Assembly (NCBI RefSeq): GCF_001194135.2
Contig: NC_068995.1
Span: 19,160,042 to 19,224,041 of the forward strand
Reading direction: 5' to 3'
Source of the DNA: Octopus bimaculoides
Taxonomy: Eukaryota
DNA: 64,000 nt
In this document: in pieces, positions 26,201-39,399 of the stretch
How positions within the stretch are numbered: the stretch's first letter is position 1
How the letters are laid out: each line of letters starts with the position of its first letter
Translations under genes and position numbers: made by a program
The notes under the pieces: generated by a model
What the model saw: the letters and a program-made list of their open reading frames with translations, nothing else
Database searches by the model: none
Told to the model about the DNA's origin: nothing

Positions 26201-27470
26201 GAGAAAATATCAAAAACACAAACACACGCACAAACGTACACATCACACACATAGATATATATATATATAGAGAGAGAGAGGGTGAGAGGCTGAGGGGTGA
26301 GAGGGGGGACGGGAGGGAGAGAGAGAACGCAGAGATACTTAATTCTATCGTATCTCATATATTGTAAATTGCTCTAAGATATTAATTTCTTCACTTCTCT
26401 ATCAACGAAATAAAGATGGCGTTACAACGACATTATTTCTTTTTATTTTTTAGACAGTTGGCTAAAATTGTAACTTTATTGAAAGGTAATATATTGCATT
26501 TTAAATTGTGTGTTAATTAATTACTTGACCCAATTTACAGCGTACACTCTATCACGCATCTTAAAATAACCTATTTCGTTGACTCCGCATGTATATATTT
26601 TATAAGTAGCGATGAGCTACAAATTTCTCTCTGCACATGCATCTATATATATATATATATATNNNNNNNNNNNNNNNNNNNNNNNNNNNNNNNNNNNNNN
26701 NNNNNNNNNNNNNNNNNNNNNNNNNNNNNNNNNNNNNNNNNNNNNNNNNNNNNNNNNNNNNNNNNNNNNTATATATATGCATGTGTGCGTTCGTGTGTGT
26801 GTGTGTATGTGTGTGTGTGTGTGTGTGTGTGCGTGTGTGTGTATGTGTGTGTGTGTTTATTTGTGTGCCCGCGAGTGTTTATCAGTAAGTATTATTATAT
26901 GGGCAGAATGCAGCGGAATGGAATATAGCGCGGAAAAAATAAAGTCGAAGATGGAGAGACTATGAAAGTGTTGACGTAAATGTTTCTTATATTAACAGTA
27001 TTTAGAAACAGGCACATCTAACAAAGCAACGAATTTACTACCATAAAGCAAAGCAAATGTACAAAATGGGAAATAATGCAATAAAAAAAGTTTTAAGCAG
27101 TGAATGATTGATTACAAATTGATATTGGCTATATGGTGCTGCTCAGCCCATTTCTGATCTCTCTATTGATTTTTTTCTAAGTTTCTTCATGTTCTTCTTG
27201 ATCTATTTTGTTCTAATACTTCAACTGTAATATCAGACAAGAAACATTTGTTTAACTCTTATATCAAATAAATAGTTCGTTGGAAGGACATAAAAATATA
27301 TTCTACATTTCAGATTTAGCACAATAAATAGTTGATCTATTTCGATCTAAAGAGCAGTAAGATTTTGTGAGAAATAAAGAAAAATATAAATAAAAATACA
27401 AAAAAGATGACACCTAAACAAATATATAATTCCAGCGAAAAATTGATTCTTTAATAGCATTATAACATAC

Positions 27471-27655
27471 CCATTGAACATGTCTTCACCATGAAACTTA
27501 TTTCTCAGCGAAGAAGAGAAGTAAAGTTCTCTGAACGAAACACCAACAAAAATTCCCACTAAACCCAGCCTAAAATCTTTAGTGTTCACACTATCTGGTA
27601 ATTGACAGCATTTCCAGCATTTATCCGACAGGCTTTCCAGTGAATCTCTGCATTT
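27471..27655 (-). CDS. Candidate 185-nt internal coding exon of an unidentified gene
   Basis: Acceptor CTCTCATTCTCAGTTTCAG, donor AATGG|GTATGT, only one open frame (KCRDSLESLSDKCWKCC...LGLVGIFVGVSFRELYF...GEDMFNG); no homology recognised. Confidence 0.4.
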
Positions 27656-27811
27656 CTGAAACTGAGAATGAGAGCACAAGTCTGCAACACTTCGGATCGA
27701 CAGACTTTGTTCGAATTGTAGCATTTCTTACCGCTATTTCTCTAGCTAAAGTAGACATACACATACTAGCATGCGTGTGTTTTATAGGATTATATCACTA
27801 TCTATCTATCC

Positions 27812-27845
<34 letters not shown>

Positions 27846-28171
27846 TTGTGTGTATATTTGGATGTATGAGTGTTTACGAGCTTTTCTGTTTGTATTTGGG
27901 TTGAGCGTGTATGAAATATTTCAAGTTATTGTTTCCATCCGCTATTTCTGTTTTGTGCTTGTTGGGACACTCGAACGACTATTTATCGCTAAACATGTAA
28001 ACTTATGACAGCATATATGAAATGTTATAGCTAATAGCCGTTCAGTGCAAGGCCCATTGGTCCCTTTGTCTCATTTCATACATATATACATATGCACACA
28101 TCACATTTACTTGTACACATATCAATATTAGCATGACTATTCATTTACAAGCATATGTTTGTGTGTGTGTG

Positions 28172-28203
<32 letters not shown>

Positions 28204-29389
28204 NNNNNNNNNNATATATAATAAAGTGTATGGAGACTTGCAGAGCCACATATTTTATTTTATTCTTATACACAGCATATTATTTTGACCTTCACGTGTT
28301 CCCGCTGCAGCGACTACAAACTGTCGCAAATACAAACTTGCAGTTTGTCGTTGCAGCTTTATCAGGGTCCATCCATTTGGTTATTCTCGAAGTGAAAGAC
28401 AACTTTTACCGTCCGGCGAAGAGTGTACGGATTTAACCATCGGAATAATTATCAGAGCGAGTAACAATTAATTGTAGTCACAGACGTTAGATACCCCTTG
28501 ATGTGGTTAGCCGTTAACTTGAACATAACTGAGAACAACTACGGTGTCCGACTGGGTAATATATTAATAAATATACATCATTTTGAAATAATTTAACTAA
28601 GACAACACATTTAAGTAATATGGCAGTGGTTTCAGACCGTTACGCGGTGACAGACAAATCAGCTGCTTTATCCCGCCAATTTCTGGAAAATAATTGACAC
28701 TTTCGAGCAGCGTGTTATGATGCTTACTGAACTTTGCACATTAAAAGACTACGTCTCGCGCACACACGCGCACGCACATTAAACATACACGCATATATAT
28801 AAACACACGCACACACACACATATCTTTCAACGTGTGTGTCTGTTTATATTTATGTATGTATGTTTCAATGCGTGTGTGTGTGTTTATATTTATGTGTCT
28901 ATGTTTCAATGTGTCTGTGCGCGCGTCATTGACTTTCGATAGGCTGCTCGAGTGAGAGACCGGAGAAGATAGAAGGTTATTTAGATGGCTAGTCAACTTT
29001 TCGTCATATTTACTGATTAAATATCAGAGTTATTTATAATTTCCACGATTATGAGATTCTTCAGATTCAAAATTACCTCGAAATGATAATTCCTGACGAC
29101 CTAAAACTTTATTACATTGATCAATCGCTGCAGAATGAATCTGTTTTATCTAACTTCATTGTGATGTTGTATGCTCTGTTTTTTACACGCATCTAATTGT
29201 AAGTCTATACGAACATTCCCGAATATTTTAAGATCCATCAAGGATGTTATATGCCTTTGAGAACGTTCATGCTTTAGCATACATATACATATTATTCAAA
29301 TCATCATAGCCTTAATCATTCCAAACAGTTTCTTTTTTTCTAGTGAAACAACACGTATACCCAGCAGAATAACTTATTAAGCGTAGCAC

Positions 29390-30327
29390 TACTAGGTAAA
29401 CAGTGTCTCGTGAATTTCTCGTGAAATTCTGGTCTGGTAACTTTACTCTTGAAAGTCAGTCCCGTGGTAGACTTGAGACCAATGTGGATAATGATGAATT
29501 GGATACTGTAGTGAGAGCAGATACACCTAATATTACGCGTGAGTTCGCAGCAAGGTTTCGTGTTTCTAGTCCATCTGAAACAAATCGGCATGGTAAAGAA
29601 GCTGGACAAATGGGTACCACACCAAGTGAACGAGCATCAAATGGTACGTCGTCTTGAAATTGCTGTTCTTTGCTTTCACGGTATAAAAGCGAACCATTTT
29701 TGCATCGTATTGGTACGTGTGATGAAAAATGGTTTCTTTTCGACAATAGCAAGCGTTCTGCACGGTGGGTGGATAGAGACGAGGTGTCAAATCACAATCC
29801 AATAAAGAATATTCACCAAAAAAATTATACGGGTGTCTGTTGGGTGGTCAAGAACGGGTGTCATCCATTACAGTTTTATGAAACCTCATAAGTCAATTAC
29901 AATGGATGTATACATAACCAACTGGATGAAATGATGAGTGAACTTGCAATTAAAAAAACCGAGAGGCTATTTCTCTTGCAAGACAATGCTCGATCACAGG
30001 TTGCAAAAAGAACGCTACTCAAGTTACAGGAACTTAACTTGGAAGTACTCTGTTATCCACCATAGTCACCGGACTTTGTACCAACTGACTATAACGTTTT
30101 CCATGCATTAGGCAATGTTTTGCTAGGAAAAATCTTCAATCGGAAGAAGATGCAAAGCATTGCTCTTGCTCTCCAGAATTCTTCACTGTCGGTAAGCTAC
30201 CGATAAAATGGCAAAATTGTGTTGATGATCGAGGAGCATACTTCGATTGAACGCGTTGCTTTTTGTTGAGGTAAAGTAAAATAAACTTTCAGATCAAAAT
30301 GGGATATTTCGTTTTTAATGCTCTGAT
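29390..30327 (+). mobile_element. Mariner (SETMAR-like, DD34D) transposon remnant
   Basis: KKLDKWVPHQ, FLHRIGTCDEKW, QDNARSQVAKRTLLKLQELNLEVLCYPP*SPDFVPTDY (34 residues between the last two Asp); in-frame stop and frameshifts; likely 3' TIR near 30285-30327. Confidence 0.95.
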
Positions 30328-32199
30328 ATTTACACAGATTTATGCACATATAAATACATGCACGCCCACGCATATATCTACAGCGAACACAACAAAGTAT
30401 TAAATGTCATCTCTCAGAACTACGAATGGAAAAGGGATTCTTTAACGCTTTTTAATCTTATATTGCTCTTTCAGTAAAACCGGAATTTAGTTGAATTTGT
30501 GAGATGTATTGAAATTGTTATTCTTTTTACTTAAGGATAATAGGTCGCGGCAATATATTAAGTAACTGTGACATTCGATCAATGTGGTTACAGTCAGCTT
30601 TACCTATCTGTTTGCTTTTAATTGCTCTACTTTCAGAAAAAGAATGCCCGTCCCATGTCAAATACACTCAAACACTCACCTATTCGCATACACCGAAAGA
30701 AATGGATACACACATAATTAAACTTACATACAATAAACATGCACGTTGCTATGTTCTATAAAATTATAGATGTCGTATGGATATCATGACGTTGTCAATG
30801 ATGTATTTTTAAATGTAAATCTCTTACGATTAATGCTAGAAATATCGCGCATGCGTATGTCTGCATCCATAGAAGTTGATTATTACGTTGTTTGATCTTG
30901 TGCGGTATTTCATATATTTCCTTATTTTACAAAATTTTTGATTTGTACCGACAATGACTGTTTAAATGATTCGTCTTTTAAATATTTTGATTCGTTTTCA
31001 GTCAAAGTGAATCAATTTATATCCAAAGTGATATAAATATTATCAGACACTCAAAACTATACATCAACTTCAGCTTGTAATGACTATCAAAGATTTTTTA
31101 TCGTGTTCCAAATGTTCTTGTCAAGGAGTTTCCCATTGTTTTTCAATCTGTTGGAATGATCTGAAGTTTCAGCTCTGCAGAATGTGTAATTCGTCATCTC
31201 AGAGAATGCCTAAACGACGGAAACGTCGTAAGACATGTAATGATTTGTGGGAATTTGAATGGGAGAGAAATAGTGATAGATGTGTTCGCTCCTGCAACTG
31301 ATGTTTTATTTAGCGAGATCCGCTACCACCTTCTTGTAGACTTTTATCATTTTATTGATTCAATCAATGAATAGACTATGAAGATTCTGGAGTTTTCAAC
31401 AAAATTCAGTTCATTATATCGCACTCAGTACTTATTTGAGACACATTATTTTACCGATTCTAACTTTATATGTAAACACGCTCATATGAAGGCACATTAT
31501 AATTAACACCACTAGATTTTAAACCGTTGTATGTGTTTACATACAAATCGTGATAAATATAGTATAAATAAAATATAAAAAATATATATTGTATATATAG
31601 CATAAAATCTTTCGTTGTCTGTTTGTACTAACTTATCATATTGCATTGGTGAACTCGATGGTATAATTGAAAATATTTGTCTAAGATGTTGCTTCATGGA
31701 ATGAAGCATAGAACCACTGAAAATGTGTAATTAAGGAGCAGAAAACTAAGCAAATGCTATGCATATGTATTAGAAGCATAGAAATATAGAGCCGTGGTTC
31801 CTTTTACCATTACGTTTGATGGTAAATATAACACTAATGTAATTAAGGAGAAAGCGAATTAATATGACACAGAGGTAATATAAGCGAAAGTGAACTATGC
31901 ATGCAGGTTCCCATTTCAACCTTAATGCATCTTCAGGTGACGCATAATTTTATATGTCACTTGCGAAAATTATATGAAATACAATTTAGTTTGGCCAAAA
32001 ACAAATGTGTTGTTTCTAAATATATGGTTGTATGCTGGAGGTGAGGCTTGGAAGAAGCAACTTGTCTTTAACGTGCCCATCTATTTGAGAATTTCCTGTG
32101 GCTTGTTCTGAAACGTCCTCAATGATAGCTCCCACATGTTGTTTAGAATCCTTTTTTGTTTGTTTTTATAGTGTTCTGTATTGTTATTGCTATATATTC

Positions 32200-32383
32200 T
32201 TACAGTTCTATATTTAAGAGATGAGGAATTATGTACATTTTTTACATTATTTACAATTGACGGATATCTGTTCTCGTCTTGTTTGTTGTTAACACAACGT
32301 TTCGGCTGATATACCCTCCAGCCTTCATCAGGTGTCTTCGAGAAATTTCGAAACAGGGTTCTCATTCTTAAGGTATTTTTATA

Positions 32384-32390
<7 letters not shown>
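32200..32390 (-). mobile_element. Short PLE pLTR-like element carrying a hammerhead ribozyme, next to an (ATT)n tract
   Basis: Contains the 32291-32336 motif and abuts the (ATT)n array at about 32386-32465. Confidence 0.65.
32291..32336 (-). ncRNA. Minimal type I hammerhead ribozyme motif
   Basis: Minus strand GACAC-CTGATGA-A-GGCTG-gagggtatat-CAGCC-GAAAC-GTT-GTGTT: intact core, 5-bp stem II, stem I GACAC/GTGTT, palindromic AACGTT stem III. Confidence 0.8.
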
Positions 32391-32443
<53 letters not shown>

Positions 32444-33334
32444 CATTATTATTATTATTATTATTGTCGTCACAAAAATGTATTCATGCAAATTCCACCA
32501 TATATTTTCTTTAATGCGTTGATTTGTATTTAGGTTTTCTACTGGCCTCGATGTTAATGTACTTATTAACAAGATTTATTAAGCTAGCTACTTTGTATGA
32601 CATTGCAAAGTGTCTACTAATCCACTTTCTTAAATTCAAACGTAAGGTCACTTCACTCATTTTTAAAGTAAACGGTTTCCAGCAGTTTAACGGGACCTAT
32701 CTTACCGAGCCTGCAAGAATTTTAAACACAGAATGTATGAATTTGTAAACAAACACCAAATGCTAGTTTTCCTAACGCTGTACACATTGTGTGTCTACGG
32801 CCACATTAAATATACTGTTTCTTCATATAAATAGAAGACATCGCATTTGAGGTCGGCATATAAAAAACTAGAACTTGACGCCTACTAATTTTATTCACCC
32901 ACAATCGTGCCGACCTTGCCACAGTTGTGATTGTGACAATACAGCATGCAAACAAAACACTGCAAAATATTCCGTTTCTACTTGACTATCGATGTATTTC
33001 ACTCCTAAATAGCAGTATCAGATAATTGGTCGACAAGGCTGAAGTGATTACATGTAGTCCAGCTTCATACTTCTCTAACTTGCAACCCTAGTGGTTCTAA
33101 TCAGTTGAGAATTTACTGTGTCAGTCTCTTAGTTTCTCCCGATGACATTATATTTTACTACTCATGGAACTTGTTTTCCATTATTTTTCACTGCCGTTTA
33201 CCTCGGTCTACAACTTTGAACAGAACTGTATACGTTTTACAATATTTTATGATTTAGCCTCGCCATATAAAAGCAGCAGTTCGATGATTCTATGATTTGG
33301 TGCTCTGCATTTTTTAATATTCATTTATTCTATT

Positions 33335-33715
33335 ATGTGCTTCAGTCATTTGACTAAGGCCTTGCTGGAGCACTGACTTTAGTCGAACAAATTAACCCCA
33401 GGACTTATTCTCTGTAAGCGTAGTACTTGTTCTATCGGTGTATTTAGCTGAACCGCTAAGTTACGGGGACGTAAACACACCGGCATCGGTTGTCAAGCCA
33501 TGGTGGAGGGACAAACGCAGACACACAAACACACTCACACAAACGCACAACATACATACGCCGGTTTTCTATGAGTGTCTCCTAAATTCACTCACAACTT
33601 ATTAGTCTGCTCAAAGCAATAGTAGAAGACACTTGCCGAATTTGCCACGCAATGAGACTGAACCCGGGACCATGTGGTTGGTAAAGCAAGCTACTTACCA
33701 CCCAGCCACTCCTGC
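33335..33715 (-). mobile_element. SINE family B, full length
   Basis: Head with A-box-like TGGCTGGGTGG and B-box-like GGTTCAGTCTC, internal CA-rich spacer, 3' part ...CAGTCATTTGACT. Confidence 0.92.
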
Positions 33716-34290
33716 ATCCCATTATTATATTCTATCTTCTATAACTTTAGCCGCGTACTTTCTATCATTTTCTTAGTTTTGGAATAGTAACTTGCTGTTG
33801 GTGCTGTCCATTCTGCCCTTTGTTGTGATTTTCATCAGAAATCACTAGCTTAAAAAAGAAAGAATCTCTGGCCCTAATCCTCTAAGCAGTTCTCTGCCAA
33901 TTACAGATTGTTAAAACAAAAAAGTTCTTCACTTTCAAATAACTGTTAATGACGTTCATTTGATACTTTTCATATTCCACTTGATGCTATTGTTCGTAAT
34001 TTTATTATTGTTATGTTGATCATGAATGTTTTTTTGTTTTTTTTTTGTGGTAATGTTTTTAATATTATCGTTGAACGCTGTGTTGTCTTTGTCAATCCTA
34101 CTGCTTTTTCTATGGCTGTTATTGGAGCTGTCAGAATACCTAAGCACATACAGATTGTCGTACGTACCTACGTTGCATATAGTGACACTCTTAGAGCGAT
34201 TCCTCGAATCTTTCAAAGATAAGGAAAATATAAAGATTATGTTTTATCGGGCAGATTTCAGGAAGGAATAGCAATAATTCTAGAATTAGT

Positions 34291-34326
34291 AGCCATATAA
34301 TCTAACAGAGCCATATAATCTAACAG
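34291..34326. repeat. Exact 18-bp tandem duplication
   Basis: AGCCATATAATCTAACAG twice. Confidence 0.95.
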
Positions 34327-35124
34327 AGGATGTCTATCTATAAGGGATGGATCCCTTATAATAAAATCAGTCGCAAAATCTCAACCGAATGCGTACCCTG
34401 CACTTTATTTGTGTGTTGGAATATATTATGTAATGCATTCTAACACACAAACCAAAGAGACAGGACACACTTATTGGGATACTTATGATTGTTGTCTGCT
34501 TCATAAAGTTTCACTTGAGCCTAAATAATAACAGTTAACGCAGAGAAGCATGGCAAGGCGAAAAATTTATTGAAAATGACTGCTTAAACTATGGTAGATA
34601 TTACAGTGAGGATACTCAGATTTAAGTCTGTTATGAGCTTTAATACTCATAAGGACGGCGTTATACAGTACATCCATCTCGAACTGTCATTATGTTAATA
34701 ACTGGTGATATAGAAAGGGCGAAAATATGCTAGAATCTGGATGAAATTAAGAATGTAAACTGAGAAGTAATGAACGAATACAAATAATGGGTGAGATGAG
34801 AAAACTGTTATATTCCAAATGTATTAATATTTATTTTGAAATATTTGACTTGTTTTAAAAGAAATTATTTCTTGTATCTATATACATTACTTGGTGGTTT
34901 AAACCTTAATCAACCTACCAACTTCTGGCAGCAGAATGCTTATGTTACGGTTTGCCACTTTAGTGGGAAATGAAATAGTTATTAACTTATTCACAGCAGC
35001 AAATCTCATGTAGATAATTCATATGAGATTATAGATGTATTTGTCCTTAAATACGTTAATGGAGACAAAGATTTCGCTATGACATTATTGACTCGCTGGT
35101 TTATACACATTAGCTACCATTATA

Positions 35125-35182
35125 CATTAGTTACTAATTTTAAGACATTATTCCATTAGTTACTAATTTTAAAACATTATTC
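35125..35182. repeat. 29-bp tandem duplication
   Basis: CATTAGTTACTAATTTTAA(G/A)ACATTATTC twice. Confidence 0.9.
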
Positions 35183-36142
35183 ATGAGAATCGACCAAAGC
35201 AAAGAGAATACCTTATGCATAAATGCTGTGATGAAATTTGTTATTCAAATGAAATTTACAATTATATCGAATTTAATTGCTGGCATGACATCAATGCAAA
35301 TTGTGGATACGGCCAATTAAAGCAATCCCATGATGCGCCACTAGGGATTTAAAGCAAATTCGTCGAAATAATTTGGCGTTATACCATTTCTGTGATTGCG
35401 ATGCCACTGGAGACGTTTAATAGCAATATTCATAAATATATTAATTACACCAAGTAGAAAATAAGGAGTGATCCTGGTGAGCCAAGTAACCAACCAATTT
35501 AAGCTGAGAGGATCACTGCACATATCACTGAGAAAAGGAGTTAAAGTTGTATTACCGAAACTTGTGATAGGAGTCATTGTGTTTATTTTTAGTTTGATGA
35601 TTGGAATGAATGTCTCCTGGTGGATGAACTGGCCCCTAATAGTGGTCCTTAATAATGTAGGAGACGTTGTATAATGCAGCCCTAAAAAGATCTAAACATA
35701 GAAGATGGTCAAGGATAAATATATTTATCTCCACTGAAATATCATTTCTCAAAACAGAATAAGACTGTGGGATTTAGTTACAAGAAGAGCAGACAGCTTA
35801 TATCAGGTTTAGAAGAGAGCTGCGACTAAATCTGACTCCATAGACAATCCCAAGTTGCGGATGAAAGACCGGTCCTTTAAAATATTTGTGGAACCAAAGA
35901 AAATGCATTGTGACTCAGTGACAAGAGGGGTGTGGAAATTCCGGGAAATGATCGGTAAAAGAGGCTAGAAAATGCTAAAATGGTAAAGACCACGTTGAAA
36001 AATAAATATATCTGAACTCGCATTTTAATTTAAAGTTCAAGACTATCGCCCATAATTGAGAGAGAGTTACAACATTAACTAAGAACAGATAGAATTCTGA
36101 ATGAAGAGTAGCGTACACATACATATATACATACTTGAGTAA

Positions 36143-36184
<42 letters not shown>

Positions 36185-36352
36185 TATTTTAGTTGTTCTA
36201 GTCATTTGACTGCGGACATGCTGGAGCACCGGCTTTAGACGAACAAATCGACTCCAGTTCATATTCTTTGTAAGCTTAGTACTTACTCTCTCCGTGTCTT
36301 TTGCCGAACCGCTAGGTTACGGGGACGTAAGCACACCAGCATCTGTTGTCAA
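36185..36352 (-). mobile_element. SINE family B, 3' part
   Basis: GTCATTTGACTGCGGACATGCTGGAGCACC...GCCGAACCGCTAGGTTACGGGGACGTAA. Confidence 0.88.
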
Positions 36353-36547
36353 GTGACATGCAACAAAGTACAGGGACAGACGGTTAAACAAATTGAAATA
36401 TATCTGTCGTCACAATTCTTCTCATATGGTCAGCTGTATGTTGCATTATCTAGAGTTCGAAAGAATGCTAATGCAAAAATATTGGTTGAGAGAAGTGGAA
36501 ACAGTGTGGTTACTGACAATTGTGTCTACAAGGAGATACTACTTTAA
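36353..36547 (+). pseudogene. Helitron Pif1-like helicase C-terminal fragment
   Basis: MTCNKVQGQTVKQIEIYLSSQFFSYGQLYVALSRV...VYKEIL matches the Pif1/RepHel pattern MTINKSQGQT...FSHGQLYVALSRV...VYKEV. Confidence 0.9.
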
Positions 36548-37304
36548 AGCAAAATATGCTTTTTAGCAAGTTTCAGTAAAGAGAATTAACACATAAATTA
36601 TATGTAAAGTAACATATGTGTGTGGAATTAAACTGTTTTGGCATATTTCAACATATGCCAAATGAATGATATCATTATATTAGATCATTTTAAATTTCGG
36701 TATCTTTGAAAAAGTAAGGAAGCGCTATTCTCATGTGTTCTCACAGCACCAGACGTGTGTGTGTGTATCCTTCCCTCCAACCATCCTTCTCTCTCTCCCT
36801 CCCTTCTTCTATCTATCTATTTATCTACCTATCTATCTATGCACATGTATTTAAGTTCTACCAATAATCAATGATAAACATATATAACAGAATGACTCTT
36901 TAAAAAGGACAATGATAAAATAATGGAAGAAATATATGCTAATCAAGTCAACACTATTATACAAAGAAATAATTAGATGTAAAATATCATAAAAATTATT
37001 ATAATTGGGAATCAAATGTGGATATATTATCGAGTGGCTAGAAGAAAACCGCCCAGAAGCCGGTCTTTCTGCTAATTCATCTAATTTCATATTTCATAAG
37101 AACTTTATTGTATTTATATGTTAACAGTTCAATAATACATTTTGAATACCGAACTGAGAGTAAACTGGTAATCGCTTTGGTGTAATACTTTACTTTTTAC
37201 TAATATATATATATATATATATATATAACATCATATTCTTTTTATGTCTGTCTTCACGAAATATTTATATGTGTGAATCTTCATGAGTGTTTTCCCCCTC
37301 CCAT

Positions 37305-37460
37305 CACTTGACAACCAGTATTGATGTTTTTATGTCCCCGTGACTTAGTGGTTCGGCACACGATGAAATAAATACCAGGCTTTAAAAAACAAATAAGTAC
37401 TGAGATCGAGTCTTTCAACTAAAAATTTCTTCAAGATGGCGCCCCAGCATGGTCGTAGTA
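37305..37460 (+). mobile_element. SINE family B, 3' part
   Basis: TTATGTCCCCGTGACTTAGTGGTTCGGCA...GCCCCAGCATGGTCGTAG. Confidence 0.75.
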
Positions 37461-38092
37461 CATGATACTAAATAGCTGCAGATTGGGTTATATAGTAAAA
37501 TGTGAACATTAGAGAATTCGCCTTAAATTTTGTCGAGTAATAATTCGGTCCGACGTGTATTATTGTATATACAACACGAAACTACAAAAATTACGAACGG
37601 GATCAGTCACAATAATAAACAAGTACACGACAAATTGAAGACAGGTGCATCTGTTAAAAGTCTACACTATATCATTGGCCAGCCTTAATTTTAAAGAAGC
37701 AAACACACATACGCACATGCATTCACACACACATACACACACACTCTCTCTCTCCCTCACTCACACACGCTCACATAATACATGCGCATACATGCACTCA
37801 CCAACACACACAGGTGCACATGCATGAACATCGCTTCGTGAAAAGGTCCTAAATGTAGTAATTCAGTATGTACACAACTGGAAACAAACAGGAGGCAACC
37901 CATACGAATGTGGAGCAAAAAAAAAAAAATTGATGAAAAATGTTACAATTATACTTGTGTATCGATTTTCTGTGTATGTTTATATAAATTATGAGTTTAT
38001 TTCTAAGATCATGTCTTTCATATACTAATTACTTTACTCTGTACAACAGGAGATAAAGTGTATTTATGTGTATATGTAGTGTGTTTGTACGC

Positions 38093-38132
<40 letters not shown>

Positions 38133-38339
38133 ATGTGTATTGTTGTTTTTATAGCGTGTTGTTTTTTATTTAAAAGTAATAAAATTAGACCTTTTTTTCA
38201 CTATTGTCACACTTTTTTCATCTGTGAAATAATTACTTAATTTTAAAAGGTTTCTCTTGTTAGGTTTCAGTTTCAGTTTCGTATTGCAGTTATATAAAGA
38301 CTATCTATGTATCTATCTACCTACCTATCTATCTATCTT

Positions 38340-38412
<73 letters not shown>

Positions 38413-38673
38413 CTATCTATATATATATATATATANNNNNNNNNNNNNNNNNNNNNNNNNNNNNNNNNNNNNNNNNNNNNNNNNNNNNNNNNNNNNNNNN
38501 NNNNNNNNNNNNNNNNNNNNNNNNNNNNNNNNNNNNNNNNNNNNNNNNNNNNNNACACACACACAAACACTCCTACATATATACACAAACTGAACTTTGC
38601 AAAATATATCGCAGTAAGTTTGTGGTTTAGTACATGTACGTGTTATTTCTGAATAACTGACTTGTGCATGGTA

Positions 38674-38716
<43 letters not shown>

Positions 38717-38735
38717 AAATGCGTGTGTGCGTAAA

Positions 38736-38770
<35 letters not shown>

Positions 38771-39399
38771 GTGTTTGTGTGTGAGTGAACTTATTCATCA
38801 AATTATGTTCGAGACCAATTATGATTGAAAAATCGATAAACATTGGCAAAAGGAAAAATTGTGTAAGTCTTTTTCTTATTACATCAAAGAAATTCAGAGG
38901 GTTTAGTGTGCATAATTCGCTCAGACCAAACACTGTATACCAACATAAACTCAAATATACACACAAACACATTCATACAGCATACACATATAATAATATG
39001 TATGTATGTATGTATATACGTAAGTACGTAGGTATTTCACTTACGCATTGTGATATTATTAACTTGGTGGTAGAACTCTGTACACATATGCTTCCGAATA
39101 AAGTGTTATTCTTGTACAGAGCGTAATATGAAATGAAATAAATGACAAAGGAGCAGAAATTTATGCAAAGAAATTGATTAGCTTACAGCTGACTCAGGTT
39201 TAAGGTGATGCATTCGTACTCAGCTCTGAGTTGACTATATCTTATCAGCAAAATCTGTACGATAATGTAGCTCATTGCATATCACTCACACAGACAAAAC
39301 ACACACGCACACATTTGTATACGAATATATACGCACGTGTATGCTTATATGTGTATATTTATGTATTCTTTTAATCTTTTACTTATTGAGCGGGTTGCG

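Noticed and set aside
31214-31229. ACGACG-GAAA-CGTCGT tetraloop hairpin containing GAAACGTC
   Set aside because: Only 6 bp and no properly placed CUGANGA upstream, so not a hammerhead.
33650-33715. tRNA gene
   Set aside because: A/B-box-like motifs belong to SINE heads; no complete cloverleaf was found here or elsewhere in the window.
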